A stretch of 64,000 nucleotides of DNA from Callorhinchus milii (lineage: Eukaryota): assembly GCF_018977255.1 (NCBI RefSeq), contig NW_024704756.1:12586001-12650000 (forward strand). The letters are read 5' to 3'. This document shows positions 25,861 to 38,200 of the stretch, piece by piece. The first letter of the stretch is position 1, and each line of letters opens with the position of its first letter. The translations under genes and the position numbers were made by a program. A model generated the notes under the pieces. It did not search any database and was not told where the DNA came from. It saw only the letters and a program-made list of their open reading frames with translations.

Positions 25861-28800
25861 CAAATGTTTTGTATTTAGTTTCAGTTCTGCTGTGGCCCTT
25901 TAAATATTTGTACATTTCATTGAAGTAAAGATCAGTGTTTTAGTATGAAAAGAACTGCAGTCTTGAGCATTTGATTTTTTTTTAAAAAAGTGACTTCTGT
26001 CTACAAGAAGCTGAAATGAACAGAAATATGGTACACTTTGGTAACAATTATGAATTCTCAAGGTTGGAATGTAAGCAAAACTATTTTCCAATACATCAAT
26101 GTTTCTGCATATTTTTTAACATATATATATATGTGTGTTATCTATTAGAACTAATGACTTGGAGTGTTAAATTTAGTTGCTGCTTTTGAAGTTTTATTAA
26201 AAATATACAGCATACCAGATGAGTGTATTTAATATGCTGCCAGACATGTGTGCGTTCAATGCAAGTTTAATTTTACACTTCTCAAACTGTGCTTACCGTT
26301 AGTTTTGAGTATCATCAAGCCGAATGGCTGGACAACGGTGATGGACTCCCCAGCAGTCGTAATAGCCCAATATTATGCACACATAAAGGCATATTGTCAT
26401 TCTAACTTTAGCAATTTTCTGCATCCTCCCTGACAAACTAATAGAAACTACCCCAATTCCCGCAAGTAGCTCTAAACTGGAGAACATTGCTAACTGAAGG
26501 ATTAGACCTGTTTTGGATGCCTGGGGCCCATTTTCCTTGAAGAGTAAGGGCTCAAACGATTAGTCTTTTTTTTAAAAAAACTGGATCAATTGAAACACCT
26601 GCAGGTGATTACTTAGCCATTAGCTACATTACCGTTTCCACCTGTGCTGAATATATTACTAACACACTTTTCCACACTGCAGCCAGATTCATCTCCTGCC
26701 CCAGAAATGCAGAGCAAGAGTTTTAAAAGCTGCTGCCCTTTTCAAAATTTGGGTCAGTCACTGCACAATGGAGACAGAAGTGCGAATGTTTCCTTTGCAT
26801 CAATATGAAATGGTCTGTGTCGTACAAAGAATGCTCTTCGCATGCCAATGCACAATTCTGGGGATCAGCATGTGCCTTGTTAATCCCAAACCAGTTACCT
26901 CAGGCTACATAATTTGAAGGTTATTGGTCTCTGGTGAAACCAATATAAAGTACTTCTCATGGTGTGGCCACATGATGTAGTGGTGCCCTCTATGTTCTCT
27001 TTTGGTGACACTATCACTGGTAAGAGCCTTAACATTCAGAAGGGTTGGTGGATGGAACAGCAATACTGCCTAATGGCGAACAAAAGTGCTTTGAATAGTT
27101 TTAGACTAACTTGGGTTACGGTGAGTCAACAGAAGAAATGTAGCCAATGTCTGCATTGTATCAGGGTATGTCAGGTAGCCTCTGCTGTAATCCAGGTGAG
27201 TGAATGAGGAACAATTCCTCACAGCCACCAATCTGAAAAAAAGACAATATAAGGTTAGTGAAACTTCTTCACTGTGTTCTTTACCCAAGACTCTGCAGCT
27301 TTGAAAGCAGGTTACGTTTTATTATTATTATTATGATAATATGATCTCATAAGAATAGCAGAAGAGAGCCAATTGGTCTGGAATGTTGCTTCTTGATTAG
27401 TCCCTGGATTATTAACATTTCCATTCAAGCCATCATCTGCTTTGATCTTCCCAACACGCTGGTAGCCACAGTTCTGGATGGAGGTATTCATGTTTGAGAT
27501 GAATGTAGATGAATTTCTCTATTCTTCCCAGCATCATGTGCAGGAATCAAGTTGACTTCTAGGCTGTTGAAACATGACTTTCTGGTTGAATCGTCATTCA
27601 TGACTTTTGACCCCACTCAGCACAAGTCTATTGTAAGATTTGTTTTAAAATCACGGTGTCAAGAGGCTCATTTCTTGCTTGTTAAATCGCCAGCCTGTAA
27701 TGATCACTGGACTGGGATGACGGGTTACATACCAATTACTAAGCTTTACTAACAGTGGATAACACAGGACTGATGAGTGGAAACATCAGGGTGCTCATGT
27801 CTTCGTAAATTCTTTGCATTGCATTGAACAAATGGGCTTGACAGCGAACTAAAGTTCTGACACCTAGAGGTTCAGTCTTGTTGATCTTCATTCTTGTTTG
27901 ATTGTATTGGCGTATTGCCTTCTAATACAATGGCAACAGTTCTCAATATCCTACTGCAAGTTTTTTTTATCAACTTGAATTTCTGATATCTTATTTCCTG
28001 GATTTTCCTGTGTATCATAAGCTCAGATGGATCCAACTGTGTGTAAGTGTGTTTAGGTTGGGACAAATCTAAATTTCAAAGGCATTTGCTTATTTGAATC
28101 ATTTTAGAACAATTCATACCAAACATTTCTCCATTTGGAAGTGATTGGTCGCAAGTCTCCTTAATTTGAATTACTAACCACATTTATAGGGCTTGAAGTC
28201 TCAGTTCTATTTTGATTTTATATGGTAATAAACCACTTTTGTTGACAAAATTACTTATTTTGATTTTGAAGAAAGTGAAGCATCTTGGCGTTGGTTGTGA
28301 TTTGTTAATTGCTTTTCAGTTTTATCTCAGTTATACCAACACGTCAAGCCTGCACTTTTCCGATTGTAATCTAAACCTCAGGCAGATAAAGCAGTCGTTT
28401 CAGACAAGATTGTCAAATTGAGTTACTTATCATTCTTGCACATGTATCGGTGATGTATTTTGCCGTGTCTGCTGATTCTTTCAATGTGAGCAGACATTTA
28501 CTTTGAATTGCAATAATTTGTCTTGAGCACTTGAGTTCATACATATATATATATATATTTGCATAGTGCAGTGATAGTCTAACTGTGCCAAGTCCTTGGA
28601 TATGGATTTTTTTTGCTTTATTGCACATAAATTTCCTGTGTACTTTGATGGTTTATGTTTAGATTTGCACACTAAAAATGACATTAGCTTGAATAAACCC
28701 ATTATGCTCTTGATTCCTGTTTAGGGCTTTAAACTGATTTCATAATGGAAGTGTGGCCTTTATAGGCAACTTGGTGACATTGATTTTTTTGATGAGCGCT

Positions 28801-29764
28801 TCTGGAATTAGAACCTATGACTCAATTTCCATTAGAACGATTGTGTGATGACAATATTTTTAATGTCTGTTTAGCTTTATTGACCCAATATATTCGATTG
28901 TGTATTTGAAGCATGGTGTTTCCGAGATAACCAAAGTGAAAATCACTTTGATAATGCCACTATTATTAATGTGATATGTCTTATTGCTTTATAAAATTTA
29001 CAGATGAACTTTGCTGTGCCACGGTCATTTTATTTTAATTCCCCAAGCATCGTTGTAAAGATGATGAGGAGCGATAAATGCTCCAGTTTTTATTATTGGG
29101 TAGTGTTCACACAGCCCCATGACAAATATAACCATTATTTAAAGGGAACAATATCCCATTGGGAAATGCATTATTTTCATTAAAATGTGCAGTTTTCTTT
29201 TGACTGCCTTGATTCTTCAGAACCCACTTCAATTTTCTTTTGTTTAAAGCTTGCTCTCTGTTTCCCATACCCTCGACTCTGATTTGACAGTTTATTTTCA
29301 TGCCAAGAATAATACTGCTGGAAGCACTTACAATTTCTGTGTTTAAACCTCTATTGTAAAATTCTATTGCCATATTATGTCACCATCCTCATTTCAGTAA
29401 TTAAATTGATGTTGTGTCACTTTGGAAGTGCAACAGTGGAATAAAAGCTTTATACAGGAATTATGTGACCTTAGTTACATGGGTTACGCATAATAGAAGC
29501 CGACTCAAGCAAATTAACTAATTGAGTACATTGTTCTCTGACCAAGAGAAGAATAATCAGCTGAGAACTGTTCACCATGCTATAATAATTTACCCTGGCA
29601 ATAGCTGTATATAAATGTTTTTGATTGCATATTCAAATGTAAATTATCTTGTGAAATAATCAGTCAAAAATCCAACTGTTCAAACGAAAATAGATTACAT
29701 CTCAGACAGCTTACATTCATCTTTTGTAGGCGTTCCCCTACAAAAAATACTACTATAAAATACA

Positions 29765-29944
29765 CTTCTCTTTGACCGAGCCTTCAGCTCCCCTCTCGAC
29801 TCTCTTCCCCCTCCTCGCTCCCTCCCTTCCCTCACCCTGACCATTTCCCCCCTGCTCGGGTCATGACCCAACTGTGCAGCGCCTTGGGACGTCCTCCTGA
29901 CGTGAAACGCGCTTTATAAATGGAATCTTGTTGTTGTTGTTGTT
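29765..29944 (+). mobile_element. L2-type LINE 3' end
   Basis: Tail gcgccttgggacgtcctcctgacgtgaaacgcgctttataaatggaatc(TTG)n; near-identical inverted copy at 47755-47817. Confidence 0.78.
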
Positions 29945-32900
29945 TATAGTACAATCCTGTGAAATGCTTTGAAACGTTCTTCTGACATGAAAATCGCTCT
30001 ATCAAATCCACAGTTGATGATGATTATTATCATCTTTTTTCAAATGGAAGATGTTTTGCAAACGATCAAGATAAAATGTACACAATGGTTTGTTTTAGTT
30101 TGAAATAAAACCAAAATATTACCTTCATTCACGGTGTATTTAGTTAAATGACAATTGGTTACATTCCACCACCAGATTATTAGACTAAAGGTAAAGTACT
30201 GCAGATTATTAGACCGTATGTATTAGTTTACAAAGTGTAAAAAATTACTTAACCTGCTGTCTAAGTTTTTTTTACTAGTATTAGTATTCTCCTTTTCCAT
30301 GAAGAGGCATGCAATTTAATGACAAATACTCAAATGTCTCAAGTGTGTGTTTTTTTTAAAAGAACAGTATAATAGGTGGGAAGTATAACATCAAATGCTA
30401 CCACCCCACCCCTTTACCCTATTCTATTTTTCCCCTTCTCCAAAACTCCACTGTCATGCTTGGTTGGGGAGAATTCAACAGTGTCAGCCCAAAGAANGCA
30501 CTTCAGTTGTCAATGTTAAGCTTTCATTCTTCCACCAGGAGGTGTGTTTGAGCTGAACACAGAGGAAAGTTGGCAGTTTTCTGTGTCTTAATGTTTTGAG
30601 ACTCTGGTTAATATGACCTGAGAGGGACCAGAAAGTGCAGTCATATTTTAAAAATAAAATTGAATGCAAGTTGCTTTTGTTTGGTATATTGATCAAGGAG
30701 ATATCTACTTGATAGTTGACATCCACTGGACAGTTGAGATAATAATCATAAATAATCTTTGCCTTTGATATAGCGCCTTATCACGTCTTCGAGATGTTCT
30801 CAAAGCGCTTCACAGGATGTACACTAAAGTGTATTGTGTGGGCGAAAGATGTGGGAGATATCCTTTCATTTGACAGTGTGACAAAAACATGCCTTTTAAT
30901 GATTTATAGATGCAACAAAAATATAGCAGCACTGAGTTTAGAAGATAAGTTTGGAATTATACTAGCCAAAATATATGTGTTAACATTGCTCGTGAGAAGC
31001 TGTGCTGTACTTTTGACACTTTATATTCTTTGGGAGGGTTTGTATTCTGAAGTGCTTGATGAGGTGCTGACTTTTTTTTATAAAAAAGCAAACGCAAAGC
31101 GACTATGATTAGCCCTTAGGCACTCAGGTTCTTAAGTGTTAATCTTCACAAAACTGATGACAACAGACTTTAGACTTCAAACACCATTGTGGACAATGCT
31201 AGAATCCACTTTGTTAATGCCAAACTGAATATAAACACTTGTATGTTACAGAGCACCTAAGCAATGGCTTGATCCAATTGTTTTAGGGTATTTTAGTTCA
31301 GCCAATACTGTTTCTGGAATTGTGTGTGTGTGTGTACATGTGCAAGCAAGATATTAAGAATCTATCCCCTATCTCTCAGTCCCAAACAACATTACCAGGA
31401 TGGGCAAACTTGACCCAACAGGAATCTTAACTGAGGGTTATTGCAATCAAATTTCTTAATTAAAATGTAGCAATTTTGATTCTAAATTATTCATCTGGAA
31501 CTCAATATAAACCTTTGAAAGGTCCAGCAATGAATAGGGAGACTTCAAGTGTGCCAGCTACTGTATGTTACTGTAGCTATGTATCCTGCCTTTAGGAATA
31601 TTTTCCTAAAGGCAGGATCCTAGTTCCCATTGAAATTTGTTCTTTGTGTTCACACTCTCGGAATGTGTTTTTTTTACCCCCTTGCAAAAGCTAAGTTTGC
31701 TCCATCTGCTACAGCACTTCTTTGAATTGAGTGAACAAAGCTAGACTACACAGTACAGTCAACCCTTTAAGGGCAGCAGAATTTACTCACCAAGAAGAAT
31801 ATAATTAGGTTAGAGACTGTGTGTTTCAGTGACTGATGTGAATTGTGGAATGGGATATAGTTTCTCAACATTTATTTAATTGTTCGTCATTAATAATATA
31901 CAAAATTAAGATCATTTCTTGAGAATGTTGAATTGTACAAGAAGCAAATCTTTCAGATGCTGCAAGATGTCTTAGTTGTCAAAGGGTTAACACCATTTGT
32001 TTGGTATCTGAGGCTGAAGTATGGATGTTTGATCTCTAAGATGAAATATGCAGGGCTCATTCAAATGGATTTGTTGCAGGTCCTCTTAATTGTAATGAAT
32101 CAAGTTAAACATTACAGGGCAGGTTGCTTTTTTGGTTGTTGGTATCAATTTTACATTCTTTTCAGACAAAGCAAATACAAATTGTTTGTTCATTTGTCCA
32201 GCAGCATTTGACTTCAGCCAATTCTGAAATTGATGATATGGTAAAAGCAATAAGTATTTATCTAGCTGTAATTCAGGTCACCATGGTGTTCTGTAAATTG
32301 CTGCAATTATGTTCACCACATAAGTTGCTGTTAGCAACAGCAAAAACTAATAATATTGGTTTGAACTAAAGGTCAACACATTGAATTGCGATAGTCTCTA
32401 TTAACCAGAAGATGTGCTGGATGGAAATGTTTTCCTGTCATGCTGTGAAAGGCTTACATTTATACAGAGAGAAACATTTAGTGGATTGCTAATGTGGAAC
32501 GAGTTACACTATATCCTTATTTCAACAAATCGGCAATGTATTCATATATTTTGTCACAATAGCATAAAGACGACACAGTAGCACATCTTCAAGTTTTGAT
32601 TATTTATTGTGTGTACTTTCACATCTTTCTTTCTAAGTATATATCTTAATATAATGTGGGATTTTTAATACAAAAACCAACCTAGGGGCTGAGGAGAGCA
32701 CTGCACATGTACACTTAAGTGAATCTGCACTCCGGCCCCATCTGGGACATTCTGGGATGCTACCCTGAGTGAGGGGAACTATATCATTCAAGATTTTGTT
32801 GTTTTCTAATACTGAATCAAGAACGTTTCAACTTCATTCTTTTGAAACCAGCTTGCAATAAAACTCGAATGATCACACAGTATATGCATCCGTTGCTTTG

Positions 32901-34324
32901 CTAAAACCACCAATTAAGTAGTTTTAGGTCAGTTGCTTGGCATTCGATTGTTGTTCCTAAAAGCTGATTTAGACTGCAATTTGAAGCTAGTAAATAGGAT
33001 ATTAGGTGGGAGTCCAACGCTCTCAAATTGCAAATACCAGGAGTCGAACTTTTTCTCTTATCTTTTAAATCAGCACTTTTTTTTAAGAAGCATTGTTCTA
33101 GAAATTAAATTGTTGTAAACTGAAATGAGAGAAAAGCTCTTGAGCCCACAGATGTTTAAGGGGATTCCTGTTCATAGTCTAAAATGATAACTATGCTGGA
33201 GTAAAATAGACTTCAAAGAGTTAAAACTTTATTCAGAACCCAGACAGGATCAATATTCCAGGGAAAAAGTCTAATAAAGTGGAAGACAATGGGATTCAAT
33301 CACATTGAGTTCTTGGGAAAAGTTATTAGCAGCAAATTGCATGCTTGTCTACTGCTGAACATTGGTGACATAAAGCAGTCTAAAGATAATACGAGAGACT
33401 TGAACAAACTCTGGCAACTTTGGGCCTATACATTCTCCATCACCTAGCAACAAAAGCAAATAATTTCTTGCTTTCTTATTTGCTGAGCTTTTCAACACTT
33501 TCATCACTTATTAAAGTTCTTTCTGCAAGAATTGACCTTTGAAATCAACCCCAAAATCTTTCCGTAACTAGGTCCATGTGAACCGAACCTAGAAACTTTT
33601 CCTACTTCAGATAAAGGGGCCATTGAAAATTTAACAACTATTTGATTGAACTAGTTATATTACCAGTGGATCATTTAACTACTCATGTATTGGCTGATAA
33701 TCCATGAACTTAAGACCGAGATCCATCGAGTTTGCCTTCCAACTTCCTGGCAGTCTCATGCACTGATAAAGTGTTTCACACGTGTAAAAGTTGGTTGTGG
33801 CATGTGGTGGCTCAAAGTTAAAGGATCTCTTTAATGTTCTCCCCACAGCAATATGCCAATGGAACAAACAAAATATCTCATCAGGGACTGTGTGCTTCAG
33901 ATTCATGGCCAACTCTTCATAAAACTCTCATACCTCACTGAATCATCTTCCATGCATTTTATCACCAATGAAAATCCTCTTCAGAAGACTATGTAATTAA
34001 AACTTGGAAGTATCATAGATATTCCTTTGGAAAAAATGATGTACTTATTTACTTGATAAGCATTTTCGATAGCAAAATTACACCTTACGGAAAAATATCA
34101 ACCATTTATTTTCAGCAGGAAAGGGGAGAAAGCAAATACTTGAGTTATGAAATATTATTAAATGGATAGATTTCAGAGCATTGTTTACAGCACTTAATTA
34201 GCAGAATTAGTGTGGATTTATATTAACACTAATATTAATAGTGTTAATATAAATCGAGTAGCAAATTATTTGTTCTGCATTTTAATGCCTCCCCAACTCT
34301 TCCCTCCACAAGCTACAGATCATA

Positions 34325-34520
34325 CAGAACTCTGCAGCTCGTGTCCCCTCCCGGACCAGGCTCTGTGACCCCATTACCCCCACCCTCACCCGGCTCCAAT
34401 GGCTCCCCATCCTTCAGAGGATAGAATTCAAAATCCTCATCCTCACTTTCAAGGCCCTCCAAGGCCTTGCCCCCTCCTACATCCCTGACCCTGTTGCTCA
34501 GCAGGCTCTGGCCTGCTCTA
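34325..34520 (+). mobile_element. L2-type LINE ORF2 fragment
   Basis: Encodes QNSAARV...DPITPTLTRLQWLPILQRIEFKILILTFKALQGLAPSYI, the typical L2 post-RT motif. Confidence 0.82.
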
Positions 34521-35551
34521 GGTCTCTAGGTGTAATTAATTAGAGAAACTAGGAGAACATTAAAAATAATTAGTTTACTGGAAAATGTATAATTCCTTAA
34601 TGAGTTTCTTTGCTCATTTGCACATGAAGATTCAGCAGTTCTATAACTATGTTTTGTCGATGGTTGAATCGGATCGCAGATAAAAGCGGGCAACTTGTCA
34701 CTTACGGCAAATCACTCCTCGTGTTGGTAAAAGGAAGAGACCTGAGACCTCAACATGGAATGTGACTTTTTTCTAAAAAAGAGAAGTAGGTGGGTTTCTG
34801 ATGTCGGGAATTAAAAGTACCGGAAAACAAAACCTTTCTGAGAAAGCAAAGTGGATGACACTGGAGTGCAGTGAATCGGAAAACAGAACAGATCAAATAA
34901 TAAAGAAGACAAGGTGGAACATTTACGGAAGGCAGTTTAAATGATACTGGGCCTAGAATTAATGCAAATAAGTAACCAATTTGGAGACCTGGCGATCAAT
35001 CTCAAGATGTTGAAATATTGCTTATTCGGGAGATTTTCGCTTCTCTTTCAAATTGCCACATCTCATCCCCAGACAATTTCCAAAAGGTGAAGAGCCAAAC
35101 ATTGGAGCTGTTGCTGTAATAAGAATCCAGGCTGTAACGATGAAAGCACCACAGATCTTATTTCACTTTCCTATCACTGCTATTGGAAATTGCAAAGCAA
35201 GTTGTTTGACTGAAGACAAGTGGACCACTTAGATTTGAGTTGTTGTCTTCAAAAGTGTAGCGTTGTCGATGATCTCTTTCTGATGTTTAAATGGAAAAAA
35301 ATAGTATAAGTATATTATTCTGAACTAGCTTTATTCAGGGTCCAGATTAAAAGTTACTTTTCCCCAAACCTTCTAAGGCTTCCTCCATACAATCTATCTT
35401 TGAGAAGGTGTATATATGTGTATTCTTATATCGCTGTTAAGCCATATACAGTCATTTTGGGGGAGTGTTTGACCTTGAAATACCTAGGATCAAAATGTCA
35501 CAGCATAGTTACAATATCACTCCAACAACATTATCCATGAGAACTAGAACT

Positions 35552-35962
35552 AGGCTCAGTTGGTAGCACTCTCGCCTCTGAGTCAGAAAGTTGTGGGCTC
35601 AATCCCCACATCGGACTTGGAACTCATCTATTCCAGGCTGACACTCCAATGCAGTGCTGAGAATATGCTGTATTGTCAGTAGTGCTATCCTTTGGATGAG
35701 ATGTTCATCTATCTGCCTATTCAGGTGGATGTTAAAGATCCTACAACACTATTCAAAACGAGAAGTGAGTTTCCTGGCCAACAATTCCCCTTAATAAAAT
35801 TGGTCACTCAGTTCATGGCTGTTTGTGGGACATTGATGTGTGCAAATTAGTTGTCCATTCATCTACAAAACAAACAGTCATTTGCTTCTTTGTATATCCT
35901 GTGAAGCATTTTAAGATGTCCTTCTGATGTGAAAGGCGCTTTACCAAATGTAAAGATTATTT
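35552..35962 (+). mobile_element. tRNA-headed Deu-domain-type SINE, near full length
   Basis: Head ggctcagttggtagcactctcgcctctgagtcagaa.gttgtggg; central ggatgttaaagatcc...cactatt...cctggccaac (DeuSINE-like); L2-like tail. Confidence 0.72.
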
Positions 35963-37237
35963 TTACTTCTACCAAGAGTTAAGAAAATATTCCAATTGTT
36001 AAGTCGGAGCTACTCTTGAAGGTGATGGGAGCTCTCCATGACAATGTGAAGGTGTGATTTAGTCCGAGCAGTCATTGAATATTGTTAGACTTCTGGGATT
36101 GGACCTTGATTCACTTTTTAAAAGATTAACTACAGATGGATTAATGGGGCTTATTAAAAAAAGACATCTATTTTAGACAAATGCATACAATAGTTCTATG
36201 AATAGGTGGAGGAGTTGTTTCAAAAGCTGATTCTGGAAGAAAAAACATTAATTTACAAAAAAAGTAAAAGGCTCTATTAATTATCTGCAAAAATAACAAG
36301 CAATTTTGGTTTTACAATTTATTACTTCAACAAGAGAATTTGGGCGGTAATTGCAAGGCTTTCAAATGGAAACAAATACATTTCTGTCAGCATTAGGCAA
36401 GTCCATTTATTCACTAATTGGTCTTTAAACTGTTCACTTTTGGAATAAAACTCTTTTCATAATCTTGCTCAAGTGTATTTCACAAAATCACAACTCTTTG
36501 AGCAAAGATAATTAAAATCAAACCCTTTTCAAAGACAAGTGGCATTGTAGTATATATAATTGAAATTAATGTAATTGTCTGGATAAAAGCTGCCACGAAG
36601 CAGACACTTTGCAACAGAAGGAAATGAGCTACACAATAAAAACAATTGTGACATGAAGTAACTACTTAAGCTGTGACTATTACAGCTGTTTGCTGATAAA
36701 GATCTTGAGAATTGTTTTTTGTAATTCTGTCATGAACAGCTCTATCATATTAATGCAACTTTGAACAGGTGCTCAACCTATTGCTTTGGTGAAAACGCCA
36801 CAAGAACATTTCCAAGCCCTACATCTTCTGCTGAAGTAGTGAATAACAGAAAGTAAATGCTTTTAGATCTTGGGATACAATCAGAAAACGCACTTCTGTA
36901 GCCTCGTGTGCTTGCAGCAACCAAAATCTGCTCAAGTACCATAATATTGAGTGTCTTTTTCTGTTTGTATTCATGTTATGATCACAGAGGAACAACTGAC
37001 CATCATGAACAAAGACACAAAAGCACATCTCTGGGAAAGAAAGTGTAATTGCCCGTGTATACTATAATCTTTAGGAGTTGTTGCAAGTGTCTGTGGTTTT
37101 CTGTGTAGCTATGGGTGGGGGGAGTTTCTGGGTGCATGTTTCGATGACTTCCATTTATGCAATTTACATCCTACCAAATATACATCGATGGAAACAGCAT
37201 TAACATACCACCCCTGTGATTATCTTATGTAAATGTT

Positions 37238-37540
37238 CTCAGTTGGTAGCACTCATTGCCTCTGAGTCAAAATGTTGTGGGTTCTGTCCTTAGATCAAGA
37301 CTTTGAGCTCATAGCATAACCGCATAACACTGCAGTGTTGGGTGGAATGCTGCACTGTATTAAAGATTCCATGGCACTGTTTAAAAAGAGAAGGATGTTC
37401 CTCCCGGTTTCTTGGCCAACAATCTTCCAAACATTTTTCCAAACAGTCTTTGCAATAAAATCCTGTGAATCACTTGGATATATTTTGGTAACCTGTTGAG
37501 GTGCTGTATAAAATACAAGGATTACAGTTATTTATTATTA
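37238..37540 (+). mobile_element. Deu-domain-type SINE, degraded
   Basis: Same head, taaagattccatggcactgttt and tail as the 35552 copy. Confidence 0.65.
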
Positions 37541-37889
37541 GTATTCCGACGAGCTTTGATTTATATATTTAAGTTCCGAAACTTAAGGAACATTTTCCTC
37601 CCCATATTTTCAGCTCGACTCGATCTATCTTATGTAATAGCAATTAGCTTTGCAAGGCTGAGACACAATCTGCACCCCCGAGTGTTGTTGCTGAGTCTTG
37701 ACTGATTGGTGTTTATCAGCCTGTGGAACCATTGTTGGTTCCACAGGCTGTTGAACCATTCGCTCAACCAACTGGACAATCCAGGAAGTCGACTGTTTAT
37801 CATGCAATGCTATCAGGTGGATGAGAACCCATCAGCACTGTGCCAGGAAAATGCATACATTTGTTCTTAGGTGTTAAAAATCTGAATAT

Positions 37890-38200
37890 GACCAGCAAAG
37901 TAGCTCAGTGGTTAGAGCACTCGCTTTGCAAGTGAGAGACCTGAGTTCAATTCCCAGCAGGATGAAACCTTGGGAAAGTTTCCTTACACCACACGCCTAA
38001 TAATAATCCCTCAAACAATAATAAATTGGTAATTTTCAATCTACGACTGTTTGTGGGACATTGCTGTGCACAATTGGCTGCCGTGTTCGCCCACAAATGT
38101 ATAGTCAATTCACTTTACAGTGTGTTCTGTGAAGCGCTTTGGGACGTCCTCCTGACGTGAAAAGCTCTATATCAAATGCAAGGATTATTATTATTATTTA
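37890..38200 (+). mobile_element. tRNA-derived SINE, full length, with L2-like 3' end and (TTA)n tail
   Basis: A-box gtagctcagtggttagagc, B-box gagttcaattcc, tail gaagcgctttgggacgtcctcctgacgtgaaaagctctatatcaaatgcaagga(TTA)n. Truncated tails also at ~7592, 10630(-), 11964(-), 30748(-), 38456, 39330, 44755, 55030 and 57658. Confidence 0.82.

Noticed and set aside
30497-30497. Single ambiguous base N
   Set aside because: Assembly ambiguity; no biological meaning, though it could mark a contig join.
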